DNA from: a virus
Taxonomy: Duplodnaviria; Caudoviricetes
Reading direction: 5' to 3' (one strand)
Length of the DNA: 54,566 nt
Virus record (IMG/VR): IMGVR_UViG_3300025168_000112
Location: 1 to 54,566 of that record
The translations under genes and the position numbers were made by a program. Shown in pieces: positions 30,246-39,102 of this stretch. Below the pieces are notes generated by a model that was not told where the DNA came from, ran no database searches, and saw nothing but the letters and a program-made list of their open reading frames with translations. The stretch's first letter is position 1; the number at the start of each line of letters is the position of its first letter.

Positions 30246-31646
30246 TTAAGCAATAGCATAACCACGACCTCCCATGACATGCCATGCAGCATTTGTAAAT
30301 AACAAAGACACGCTATCTCCTACAGCATCAAATGCAATACTTGTTCCTTGTGCAAAATTAGCTGGTGTAAGTGTTCCATCACCCCCGTCTGTTTTCATTA
30401 CAATCATTTTTGTTTGACCTTCTACACCATCTGCAAGAGTAAGTGCGTTAGTTCCTGTTGTAACAATCCATGTAATTGCACTTGTTATATCTACAGCTCC
30501 AGCCCCTGTAAGAGTTTGTGGAGTTTGACTAAGTCTTAAAAATCCTCCCGAAATAAGTACATTTTGATTGTTATCAAGTTCAAGGGCAGTTCCAAGAGAA
30601 CCTGATCCAGATCCTGAATAAGTTTGAAATTTAATAGTTCCTCCTGCACCAGAAGCACCACCAGCACCCCCTTTTATAGCTGTAGTTCCTCCGTTACCAC
30701 TACCATTTCCTGTGCCTGCTATCACTGATATATTTCCACCACTAGTATTGCCGCTTGTAGTTCCTGCACCCTCTATGTTTAATGCTGCACCATTTACTCC
30801 CCCGGCTGCAGTTTTTACATTAACAGTATAATCTTTATAAGTATTAGTATTACCTATTTCTATTGCTGTACCTGTAGTTCCTTGTAAAGAAAGCTGTGCT
30901 CCAGCTGTAGTTGTTGTAGGTGTACTGTCTCCTATTGTAACTTTTCCACTTGCATCTACTGTAATACCCTCGTCCGCACCATCTCCAGATACCCAAGATT
31001 CTCCTGCAGCCCTATCTAAATTAATGTTATGCGTATTCATATCTAAAGGAGCTCCTGCACTTGTTAGGTCTGCTTCTATAGAAATAGAACCTGCTCCATT
31101 AGTGATAGTAATGTTACTTCCTGCAGTTAATGTAGCTAAAGTAGGTATGCCTGAAGTAGCATTACCTATAAGAACCTGTCCGTTTGTATTCATAGCAGAA
31201 GTTGCTGCTATAGTACTGTCCGCAGATGCATAAAGCATTGCTCCTTTAGATATTGTAGATAATCCAGTACCCCCATTTACTACAGACAATTGTCCTGTAA
31301 CATTAGATGCTAGAGCTACTGTTTTAAGAAATTGTGCTGTAGTATTGTCACAAGAATTTAAATCTATACCTGCTTCTAAAACTGTAAGTACAACATTAGT
31401 TCCTTCTGAGTCTGATGTAACAGAAGCAGCAGTAAGTAATCCGGTGTCTCCAGATTTAATTCCTTTAAAGTTCAATTGATTACCATTGGTAACCCCTGTA
31501 TAAATACTAATACTTCCAGAACCTGCTGCAGCTAATGTTGGGAGTAGAGAAGACACTTGAAGTCTGCTTTTACCAGTAACTGGTATATAGTGTGCGGAAG
31601 TTAAAGATGTCTTACTTATTACATTCCATTTTGATACGTCTGACAT
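30246..31646 (-). CDS. Tail fibre protein
   Basis: 466 aa, Gly/Thr/Ala/Ser-rich. LNFKGIKSG, LSVVNGGTG, LTAGSNITITNGAGSISI shaft motifs, GGNISVIAGTG-type repeats and a beta-rich C-terminal tip domain. Confidence 0.78.
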   Translation of the reverse strand: MSDVSKWNVISKTSLTSAHYIPVTGKSRLQVSSLLPTLAAAGSGSISIYTGVTNGNQLNFKGIKSGDTGLLTAASVTSDSEGTNVVLTVLEAGIDLNSCDNTTAQFLKTVALASNVTGQLSVVNGGTGLSTISKGAMLYASADSTIAATSAMNTNGQVLIGNATSGIPTLATLTAGSNITITNGAGSISIEADLTSAGAPLDMNTHNINLDRAAGESWVSGDGADEGITVDASGKVTIGDSTPTTTTAGAQLSLQGTTGTAIEIGNTNTYKDYTVNVKTAAGGVNGAALNIEGAGTTSGNTSGGNISVIAGTGNGSGNGGTTAIKGGAGGASGAGGTIKFQTYSGSGSGSLGTALELDNNQNVLISGGFLRLSQTPQTLTGAGAVDITSAITWIVTTGTNALTLADGVEGQTKMIVMKTDGGDGTLTPANFAQGTSIAFDAVGDSVSLLFTNAAWHVMGGRGYAIA

Positions 31647-31664
31647 TTTTTTAATATTAAAAAG

Positions 31665-34600
31665 TTACGGTAGAGATATGTCTCCTCCCTCTATTTCTAT
31701 TATTTCACCATCTATAGTTGTAGGTGAATCGCTTGTTGTAATTGGTTCTGAATCTGTAGACGTTACATCTTTAAGATTGCAGTCTTTACAGTTTTCATTT
31801 ATATAAGCCATGTATTTATCTAGCCTATTTGTATTGTCTGAAGGTGCATTAACAGACCTGCATAGCTCCCATACTACAGAACCTTCTAGAGTTTCTGGAT
31901 CAGGAGTATATTGAGATGAAGGTGATTGTGTGTAAGTGTATATATAATACTCTTCACTTGTAGGATGCTGTACTATGTCTCCCCAAACATATACAGTATT
32001 CACCGTATAAATTAAAGATTCTCCTGATGGACCTCCTTCAGACCATTTTGAAGTACAAGATGTTCCTTGTGGGGTTTCATTAAATGCAGGAGATAAAGAA
32101 TCTGCGCAGTTATAAACGCATTCTAAATCTCTTTGTGCAAGAAGATATTTTATAAGTGCAAGTCTTCTTATAACCGCCTCATTACAAGGAGTTAATCTTC
32201 CTGACTTTAATAATGTTAAATACTTATTGCTTTTATCGCTAAAACATATATCTAAATTGCTTTGTATAATTCCTAAACTAGAAGGCACACAAGGAGAAGG
32301 TTCTAGCCTATAAATACAATTACGAGAAAAAAGATCTCCAGTTTCTCCTGAAGTACCGTAAGGAACATTAACTGCAGGGTTAAAATTTTCTGCATCAGGA
32401 TCCATACATCCATATATAAGAGAAGTATTTACCCCAAAAGAATATGTTTGAGTGCAACCATTCGCATCGGTTACAGTGACGGTATAAGCTCCATCTGCTA
32501 AATACGGACCTGTTAAAGTATTTTCAGTTTCTGTTACAGTTCCTGTTGAAATACTTTCCCAAGAGACTTCATATACAGCCGGCGCTGTCCCAAACCAATT
32601 TAAAGTGGGTATGTTAGATGTAACTGTAACCCCTGTTATAAGTTGGTCTGCACAATAATAACAACAGTTTTCACAAGACACACTTGCACTACTATCGTAG
32701 TTTAAAGCCGAAACATCTGTACATCCTACAGTTTCGTATATGCATTGCCCACTGCTTATTACTGCACTTGGGTCAAAGTTAATTGCTGTAGGATCCATAC
32801 ACCCAATAGGGTATCCCTCTAAAGTACTGCAGTTTCTATCTGCATCTGTAACTACATGTGTTACCTCTGCATCATTACAGTTAGAAGGATTGTTATTATA
32901 AAAGTCTATATGAATAATAAAAGTGTCTCCTATATTTACAATAGGATTGCTTACAGGAAAAAGAACAGAGGTCCCATTAGGGCTTATTACCTCTGTATAA
33001 ACCGTATAGTTTATACCTAATCCTGACTGGCCTTCTATTTCAAGATAAATTGTTTCTACAGATATGCTTGTCTGTCCTGAGCACGGGTCTATTGAAAAAT
33101 TTGCTGAAGTAACACATTCTTGTGGAGATTCGTCATATGCAATTTGAAAATAAAACTTTGTTGGACAATTCCATCCTGCAGGAGAAGCTTCAACTACATA
33201 CCATCCATCTGCTAAATTATCAAATGTATAACTAGGAGAACTTAATCCTGTCATACCATTGATAAAAGTATTAGATGGTCCAGATACTCCTGTGGTGGTA
33301 TATAAGTTTACATCAAACCCATTAGTAAAATACTGACCTAAATTAGGATCTAAATCAGTATTATAATTAGCATTAAATATAATAGAGCCATCATTAGCTC
33401 CATTAGAAGTTTCATTTACAAAATTACTTCCTGTATTTATTAATATTGGTTGGACAGTTGGATTATTTCCTATAGTATACTCATAAGTACCGTCGGCATC
33501 TTTATCTGTACACTCTATACAAAGCTCTCCAGGATCTTGATCATCAGCAAATGGATTAGGGTATCCTATATAATTTATAGCCGTTGGCTTATGGCAAAAA
33601 TACTCTCCTCCTCCCCTAGCAGCTGAAGTTGTAGAAGTTGTAGTTGTTTCTTGTATACTTACAGGTATAATTATTTTTCCTCCTGAATCTGTATGAACTA
33701 CCTCTACAGTATATGGTCTTTCACTGGCTTTAATTCCTGTAAAAGTTTGTATTCCTGACCCGTAGATTGTACTGTCTATAATTGATCCACTTGGTAATTT
33801 TACTCCATTAGGTCCTTTTAATTCATAAGAAAAGGATTGTTTACTTATAGAAGTTGCATTTCGAACAGGAGCTTTGTCTTGTAAATAAAGACTTTGTTTT
33901 TCCCATTCACTTTGGGCAGGATCATCTGTAGTTCCTAAAACAGTAACAGTAATAATACCGTCTTCATCTTTATAAGGGTCTGTAACATCAACTGATATTT
34001 CAAAACCTGAAGTATCTGTTGCACAGGCTCCACTTGTAAATAATGCCGGAATTAAACCTTTTAGATATTTATCATCAATAGTAGCTCCTGATGTATCTTG
34101 CTTTGTAGTTTTATAGTAACTTGGAGATGTAGGATCCGCACAAACCTCAAATACTTTTTTAACAGTGGATGGTTTTTCAGGTATATCTTTTGTCCAAATA
34201 AAAGATGTTATTGTAGGTACGGTGCTACTAGCATCAAGTACTTCTCCCCAAACATCTCCTGCCTCTAAATAATCTTTAGAATCATCAAGTACAGCAGCAA
34301 ACATTACAAATTGAGGTAAAGGACCTACAAAAGGTTTACCCATGTGTGTAACTTCTAAATCAAGTGTATTTAGTATTGATCCGTTAAAAGTTGCTAAAGA
34401 ACCTGGTTCAGTATGAGACCATGCTTTATTGTAAGAAAATTTACTATAAGGGTCACTAATAGGAAGCATAGCATAATTTCCAGTCATGCTTTTTCCTTCT
34501 CCGTATGCAATTTCTAAATTGTAATTTAAAAACTCCGAAGAATTAAAAAGTTTAGAGCTAGAATAATCTTCTCCTGCATTGTCTACTTTTTTATTACTTG

Positions 34601-34874
34601 TAGGAACAAATACAGATATCTGCTCTATATCTCCTGATTCAAAATAAATTTTAAGTTTTCTAGAATCTATAGAGTTATCAAAGTCTTTGTAAAATATATA
34701 AACTCTGTCTTTGTAATATTTATTAGTTACTGTTCCTACCCCATAACTATCTTCGGATGTATCTTCTACTCGAACAATTTTATCATACCCATCCTCTAAA
34801 GAATGAGATATTCCTATCCAAAGATTGCCGTCGTTATTTACAGCAATTCCACCTATGTATTTTGGTTTTCCCAT
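31665..34874 (-). CDS. Cys-rich adhesin-like tail appendage protein with GCxDP.A.N[FY] repeats, SprB-like repeats and a CBM5/12-like module
   Basis: 1069 aa. IGCMDPTAINFD, VGCTDVSALNYD, YGCMDPDAENFN; NDGSI...FDNLADGWYVV and LADGAYTVTVTDANGCT; YVWGDIVQH...YYIY...PDP...VWE. Confidence 0.72.
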   Translation of the reverse strand: MGKPKYIGGIAVNNDGNLWIGISHSLEDGYDKIVRVEDTSEDSYGVGTVTNKYYKDRVYIFYKDFDNSIDSRKLKIYFESGDIEQISVFVPTSNKKVDNAGEDYSSSKLFNSSEFLNYNLEIAYGEGKSMTGNYAMLPISDPYSKFSYNKAWSHTEPGSLATFNGSILNTLDLEVTHMGKPFVGPLPQFVMFAAVLDDSKDYLEAGDVWGEVLDASSTVPTITSFIWTKDIPEKPSTVKKVFEVCADPTSPSYYKTTKQDTSGATIDDKYLKGLIPALFTSGACATDTSGFEISVDVTDPYKDEDGIITVTVLGTTDDPAQSEWEKQSLYLQDKAPVRNATSISKQSFSYELKGPNGVKLPSGSIIDSTIYGSGIQTFTGIKASERPYTVEVVHTDSGGKIIIPVSIQETTTTSTTSAARGGGEYFCHKPTAINYIGYPNPFADDQDPGELCIECTDKDADGTYEYTIGNNPTVQPILINTGSNFVNETSNGANDGSIIFNANYNTDLDPNLGQYFTNGFDVNLYTTTGVSGPSNTFINGMTGLSSPSYTFDNLADGWYVVEASPAGWNCPTKFYFQIAYDESPQECVTSANFSIDPCSGQTSISVETIYLEIEGQSGLGINYTVYTEVISPNGTSVLFPVSNPIVNIGDTFIIHIDFYNNNPSNCNDAEVTHVVTDADRNCSTLEGYPIGCMDPTAINFDPSAVISSGQCIYETVGCTDVSALNYDSSASVSCENCCYYCADQLITGVTVTSNIPTLNWFGTAPAVYEVSWESISTGTVTETENTLTGPYLADGAYTVTVTDANGCTQTYSFGVNTSLIYGCMDPDAENFNPAVNVPYGTSGETGDLFSRNCIYRLEPSPCVPSSLGIIQSNLDICFSDKSNKYLTLLKSGRLTPCNEAVIRRLALIKYLLAQRDLECVYNCADSLSPAFNETPQGTSCTSKWSEGGPSGESLIYTVNTVYVWGDIVQHPTSEEYYIYTYTQSPSSQYTPDPETLEGSVVWELCRSVNAPSDNTNRLDKYMAYINENCKDCNLKDVTSTDSEPITTSDSPTTIDGEIIEIEGGDISLP

Positions 34875-35374
34875 TAGCAGCTACATCCACAGCATTCTGA
34901 ACAAAGTTCTAATGCCTTATTGTATTTTTTCTTTGCGTTCTCAAAAAGCCCTGTATTAACAGAGCTGTCTTCTCCTAATTGAGCCATATCTGTTTCTATA
35001 CCAGTAACTAAAAGTAAAACCCTTTCTGCGGTTATAAGTGTTTTATCACATTTCTTACAATCGCAATCACAGTCTAAAAGACTGTCTACTTTTTTAGCTA
35101 TACAACAGTTAAGAGAGCATTTTCCAAATGTGCCTGTTTCATGAACTGTACCGGCGCTGTCAGTCACTTTTATTTCAAAAATGCCGTCAGAAGATAGTTG
35201 TGTAGCCCCTAAGTTTACTACAGTATGGTATGCTGCTTCGTATGGGGGTAAAGACACATTAAAACTGTGGGAGACTTCTCCGTTTGATATTAAAACTGAA
35301 GCCGAACCTTGAGCTCCGCTAAGAACAAGGCTTATGTATTTACAGTCCCCTGTAATAGTTGCATTTGCACTCAT
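34874..35374 (-). CDS. Cys-rich putative tail hub/adaptor protein
   Basis: 166 aa with CSLNCC, DCDCDCKKC and LCSECCGCSC; its stop overlaps the next start (TAATG). Confidence 0.55.
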   Translation of the reverse strand: MSANATITGDCKYISLVLSGAQGSASVLISNGEVSHSFNVSLPPYEAAYHTVVNLGATQLSSDGIFEIKVTDSAGTVHETGTFGKCSLNCCIAKKVDSLLDCDCDCKKCDKTLITAERVLLLVTGIETDMAQLGEDSSVNTGLFENAKKKYNKALELCSECCGCSC

Positions 35375-35389
35375 ACCGTTTATTTTAAA

Positions 35390-35423
35390 TAAAAAACCGG
35401 AGGAGGATACTTCCCCCTCCGGT
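35390..35423 (-). terminator. Rho-independent terminator ending the capsid-accessory transcript
   Basis: Minus strand ACCGGAGG-GGGAAGTATCCT-CCTCCGGT followed by TTTTT. Confidence 0.85.
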
Positions 35424-35449
35424 CTCTAAAGTTAATCAATTACTGTGAC

Positions 35450-35941
35450 TTATGCTAAGTCGCCAGTTTGAACATATTCTACAAACAAGTGAAATTTACC
35501 AGCATCGATAGCGTGGTCATTTGCTTTTGTAAGAAGAAGTTCTTTACGATCTGTAAGTGCAACCATAGTAGCCGCATTCAAAGCAATAACTTCAAGTGCA
35601 GTATCATGAGCTGCATCAGCACCAAGTGCTGCGCCCATTCCTACTAGAGTACCGTGACTACCTGCATCATATACATTAGAAGCATCACTGATAGCAATTG
35701 CAGCAACGAATGCTCCTGTAGCACCAGTGTAACCTAGAGCTAGAGTTGTAGAATCGTCACCATCATCTCCCACAGTAGTTTCTACATGGTAGTATGCTTT
35801 AGTAATAAGTGCTCCGTCAGGAATGTAAACAGACCCTGAAGATGCAGAGTGGGAAGCGGCTCCAGCAGTTAGTGTGCCAGATACACCTATATCCCATGTA
35901 GCTTTTGCTACGAATTTATTATAACGTGGATTTTTAGACAT
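35450..35941 (-). CDS. Putative capsid decoration/spike protein
   Basis: 163 aa, Ala/Gly-rich beta-sandwich pattern (IPDGALITKAY...GKFHLFVEY); last gene before the terminator. Confidence 0.55.
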   Translation of the reverse strand: MSKNPRYNKFVAKATWDIGVSGTLTAGAASHSASSGSVYIPDGALITKAYYHVETTVGDDGDDSTTLALGYTGATGAFVAAIAISDASNVYDAGSHGTLVGMGAALGADAAHDTALEVIALNAATMVALTDRKELLLTKANDHAIDAGKFHLFVEYVQTGDLA

Positions 35942-35966
35942 AGTTTCTAATTTTTGTCAATTAATA

Positions 35967-36929
35967 TTAAAGTGCAACTGGTCCAAAAGCCCCTGGAGTA
36001 GTAGACATCCAGTCGTTAATCAAGCCTTCAAAAACAGCTCCTTGAGCTTGTCCTTGCTTGAATGCAATAGTTATGTGTCGCAAGTTATCTACTCCGTTAA
36101 TTTGGCCAGTAGCTCCGTTTCTATAAACAAGGCTATAAACATCATACTCAGTTGGAGTAGCTCTGTCAATAAAAGCAGCTGGCGTATTTGGCTGTCGTAC
36201 TCGGTTGTAAAAAGAAACGTTTCCTTGAAGACTTTCTTCATACTGAGCAAGTAGCTCTGCGTTTCCGTATCCTACAACTGGATCAACTGGGCTAGTTGCA
36301 GGGAAAGTAGTTCCGTTAGATCCATCCATTCCTTCAACAGAAACTGTGAATCTTGCCATATCAGTGTTGTTAGTAATAGAGAATGTCTTACCTCTGAAAG
36401 TGATAGCAGCACCAGCATACTGAAGTTCCATATTTCGCATTCCTGGAATAGCATGGTATGTAGATGCAGCAGGATTTCCTGAGCCTACCCAAGAAATAAG
36501 ATCTTTTACAAGTCTTAGAGCTACAGTAGCAGCAGCTTCATTAGCTGAAACTTTTAAAGTTGCTCCTTTTCTTTCAAACTGCGCTTTTCCTGGTGCAGTA
36601 TCTGTAAGTTTTACAGAGACTTCTCCAGCCGCTGTAGGATTTGTTGTTACAGTGTGAACTACAGACTGAGGTACTTGATCTACAAAGCTTTCGCCTTTCC
36701 AAGCAACTATGTTTCTGCCTTCAATCCATGGGCTTACAATATTTTTTGAAGATGTACCTTGTACAAAACGAATTTTTGGTGCATCTGGGTAAAATTCTCC
36801 TGCCGCTAGAGCAGTAGAGTTTTGAGCTGGATTACTAAGATCCATCTTTTCAATGGCTAAAGAGCCTGCCGCATATACTCCATTTGATATACTTGGAGCT
36901 GTTGCGTCTGTTACTAATAGTTGTCGCAT
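35967..36929 (-). CDS. Putative auxiliary capsid protein
   Basis: 320 aa; size and position downstream of MCP match crAss-like auxiliary capsid genes; PVVGYG...YDVYSLVY...ITIAF. Confidence 0.6.
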   Translation of the reverse strand: MRQLLVTDATAPSISNGVYAAGSLAIEKMDLSNPAQNSTALAAGEFYPDAPKIRFVQGTSSKNIVSPWIEGRNIVAWKGESFVDQVPQSVVHTVTTNPTAAGEVSVKLTDTAPGKAQFERKGATLKVSANEAAATVALRLVKDLISWVGSGNPAASTYHAIPGMRNMELQYAGAAITFRGKTFSITNNTDMARFTVSVEGMDGSNGTTFPATSPVDPVVGYGNAELLAQYEESLQGNVSFYNRVRQPNTPAAFIDRATPTEYDVYSLVYRNGATGQINGVDNLRHITIAFKQGQAQGAVFEGLINDWMSTTPGAFGPVAL

Positions 36930-36944
36930 GACTTTTGTTTTTTA

Positions 36945-38096
36945 TTATTCACGATTCATAAGCTCTCCTATCTGTGTTTTATATCTAGGATCACTAAGTT
37001 GTTCTAATATTGAGGATACTGCCATTGCAACTATTTCTTGATGTGTGTGCTCAGGTAGCTCGCAATTATATCCCAAAGGTAATGATATAGAGAGAGGTTT
37101 TCTAATGTAGGTAATTTTTACACTATCTATTATAAATATAGCACTTGTGTAAATATCTATATAGTTATCTCTAATTGTTGTAAGAGGAGAACTCTCTGTA
37201 GTAGTGTTAAAAGGATCTTCTAAAAGACGATATACATCATCTAATTGTGAGAACTTATTAAACACTTGAGTTTTTGTAGTATCTACTGTAGGTATTCTTC
37301 TTACTTGACCACTCCTATCATCTACCCTAGGTATAGATTCGTTTATTATAACTTGAGTAGAATCATAAGCATATAGAGGAGTTATAGTTTCACCGTTTGA
37401 CCCATCCCATTGGAACCAAGGGTGTGCCTCTGTGTCTACAACTACTATGAACTGACTTGGAAATGTTAAAGGCCCGTATGATTGCCAGTGTATAGAAAAA
37501 CCTGGTTGAACATGCTCAAACATGTCATTTACTACAGCATTAACATTTTGAGGGTAAGAATTTGGAGTATATCCTGAAGCAATAAGCTCTGGAGATGGAC
37601 TCCACACTAATTCACTTTGATTCGTAACTGGATTAACAAGTCTTATTTCATTAAGAAACTCATTGTTTTGTACAAAGAATTGTTCAAGACTAAATACAAA
37701 ATAGTATATGCTTGGTAAAGTTTCTTGTGTAACTGAATTTGGTTCTAAAGGTTTACAGTTATTTAAATGGATAGTAGACCTTTGATTTACTAGGTACATA
37801 TAATCTGAAGGAAACTCAAAAGAGTCTGCCCAAATTTTACCATTTGTAACTTCTTCTTTAAAGTTTACTGTATCAGAGTATTCTACAATAAGGGACCGAA
37901 GTTCATCAATTCTTTTTTGACTTTCTTCGAATCCCTTTTTATAGATGTTGTTTTTACCGTATCTCTGATTTATAAAACGCATCATAGCTTTGTTGAGCTC
38001 AATATCAATTTCCTCTGTTCGAAGTTGATCACTTCTTTCAGAGTGCATCTTATCTACGCCCTGTTTTAAGGCTATGTGCATTTCAAGTACGTTCAT
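36945..38096 (-). CDS. Head-tail ring protein with internal insertion
   Basis: 383 aa. MHIALKQGVDK...EEIDIELNKA...GFEESQKRIDELRSL...YIRKP...CELPEHTHQEIVAMAV is a crAss ring-protein pattern. Confidence 0.75.
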   Translation of the reverse strand: MNVLEMHIALKQGVDKMHSERSDQLRTEEIDIELNKAMMRFINQRYGKNNIYKKGFEESQKRIDELRSLIVEYSDTVNFKEEVTNGKIWADSFEFPSDYMYLVNQRSTIHLNNCKPLEPNSVTQETLPSIYYFVFSLEQFFVQNNEFLNEIRLVNPVTNQSELVWSPSPELIASGYTPNSYPQNVNAVVNDMFEHVQPGFSIHWQSYGPLTFPSQFIVVVDTEAHPWFQWDGSNGETITPLYAYDSTQVIINESIPRVDDRSGQVRRIPTVDTTKTQVFNKFSQLDDVYRLLEDPFNTTTESSPLTTIRDNYIDIYTSAIFIIDSVKITYIRKPLSISLPLGYNCELPEHTHQEIVAMAVSSILEQLSDPRYKTQIGELMNRE

Positions 38097-38992
38097 CGAA
38101 TAGCTTCACGGTGTTTGGACCTTAAAATATTTAAGAGACCTGAATTTTTTGGATTCTTAAAGAATATAATAGCTTCTTCTTCACTGTTTGAAATAGTATC
38201 ATTCATGTGAACTAAAGTTGTCCCCATTTTTTGAATAGTATCTGAAGAAAGAAAAGATGCTATTTCTGCTCTTATATCTAAATTTTCATCTAAAGAAGCC
38301 TCTAAGAATTTTTTAGGAGTAGACTGTTTGATGTCATAAAGCATGTTTTCAATGCTTTCTGTGTCAAAATTTTCTACTTTAACCGTACCTAAAACCTGTA
38401 AAAGATTTTTCATACGTTCAATATCTTCTGTTGCTTTTATAAACTCTCTATCTGCGCGTTTAGCTATTTGAACAGAGTTGTTTTTAGTTTTAACTTCCTT
38501 TCTAGGATCCATGATAAAAAACCTTTTTCTAGGATCTTTTAGCATTTCTGCTTCGGAGTCTGCTACTAAAGAATGTTTTTTTGCAAAGTTATAATGTATA
38601 AAGTCAAGAAGATTTAATGGAGATCCGTCTTGATTTGCTCCTATTTCTAATTCTTTACCAGAAAATCCTACTGAAATTCGTAGTTCTGCCCAGAATCGTC
38701 GAACATATTTAGACCAATCTCTATCATCAGGGTCTACATCTAAAACCTCTGCTAAATATTTTTTTTCATCTGAAACCGACAAACCTTTTAAAGGCTGTCT
38801 ATTTACAAAAATGCTAGAGAGTTTTGACACTGCTTCAGCTCTTACTTCTTTTGGTAAATGGTTTAAGATAGGACGTCTACGAAGATAAACTTTATGAGTT
38901 CCGTATTCTACTTCCTTTATCAGTGAGTTTTTTTCGGTTACTGATTCTTCCGATGTTTTTGTGGCAAAATGTGCCTTTACTTTTGTTTTCAT
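38093..38992 (-). CDS. Conserved crAss-like protein downstream of major capsid (function uncertain)
   Basis: 299 aa. FWAELRI...PLNLLDFIHYNFAKKHSLVA...RFFIMDP...FFKNPKN; position. Confidence 0.62.
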   Translation of the reverse strand: MKTKVKAHFATKTSEESVTEKNSLIKEVEYGTHKVYLRRRPILNHLPKEVRAEAVSKLSSIFVNRQPLKGLSVSDEKKYLAEVLDVDPDDRDWSKYVRRFWAELRISVGFSGKELEIGANQDGSPLNLLDFIHYNFAKKHSLVADSEAEMLKDPRKRFFIMDPRKEVKTKNNSVQIAKRADREFIKATEDIERMKNLLQVLGTVKVENFDTESIENMLYDIKQSTPKKFLEASLDENLDIRAEIASFLSSDTIQKMGTTLVHMNDTISNSEEEAIIFFKNPKNSGLLNILRSKHREAIR

Positions 38993-39019
38993 AGGTTCTT
39001 TCCAGATTTATAATTAAAA

Positions 39020-39092
39020 TTCCCACGGGTTAAAAAGAATAACTACCCCCGGGAAGGGGCAGAGTGAGCCCGAAAGCCCACCCTGCGGAGTT
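39020..39092 (-). terminator. GC-rich structured element (terminator/attenuator-like) after the major capsid gene
   Basis: 12-bp stem GCAGGGTGGGCT-TTCG-GGCTCACTCTGC, a second C/G hairpin, then TTATTCTTTTT. Confidence 0.65.
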
Positions 39093-39102
39093 TTATATGC
39101 TA

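Noticed and set aside
30246-34874. Diversity-generating retroelement or invertible cassette acting on tail fibres
   Set aside because: No reverse transcriptase, recombinase or duplicated template/variable repeat was seen in this window.
39059-39086. tRNA or CRISPR repeat at the post-capsid hairpin
   Set aside because: Single copy, no cloverleaf or T-loop consensus.
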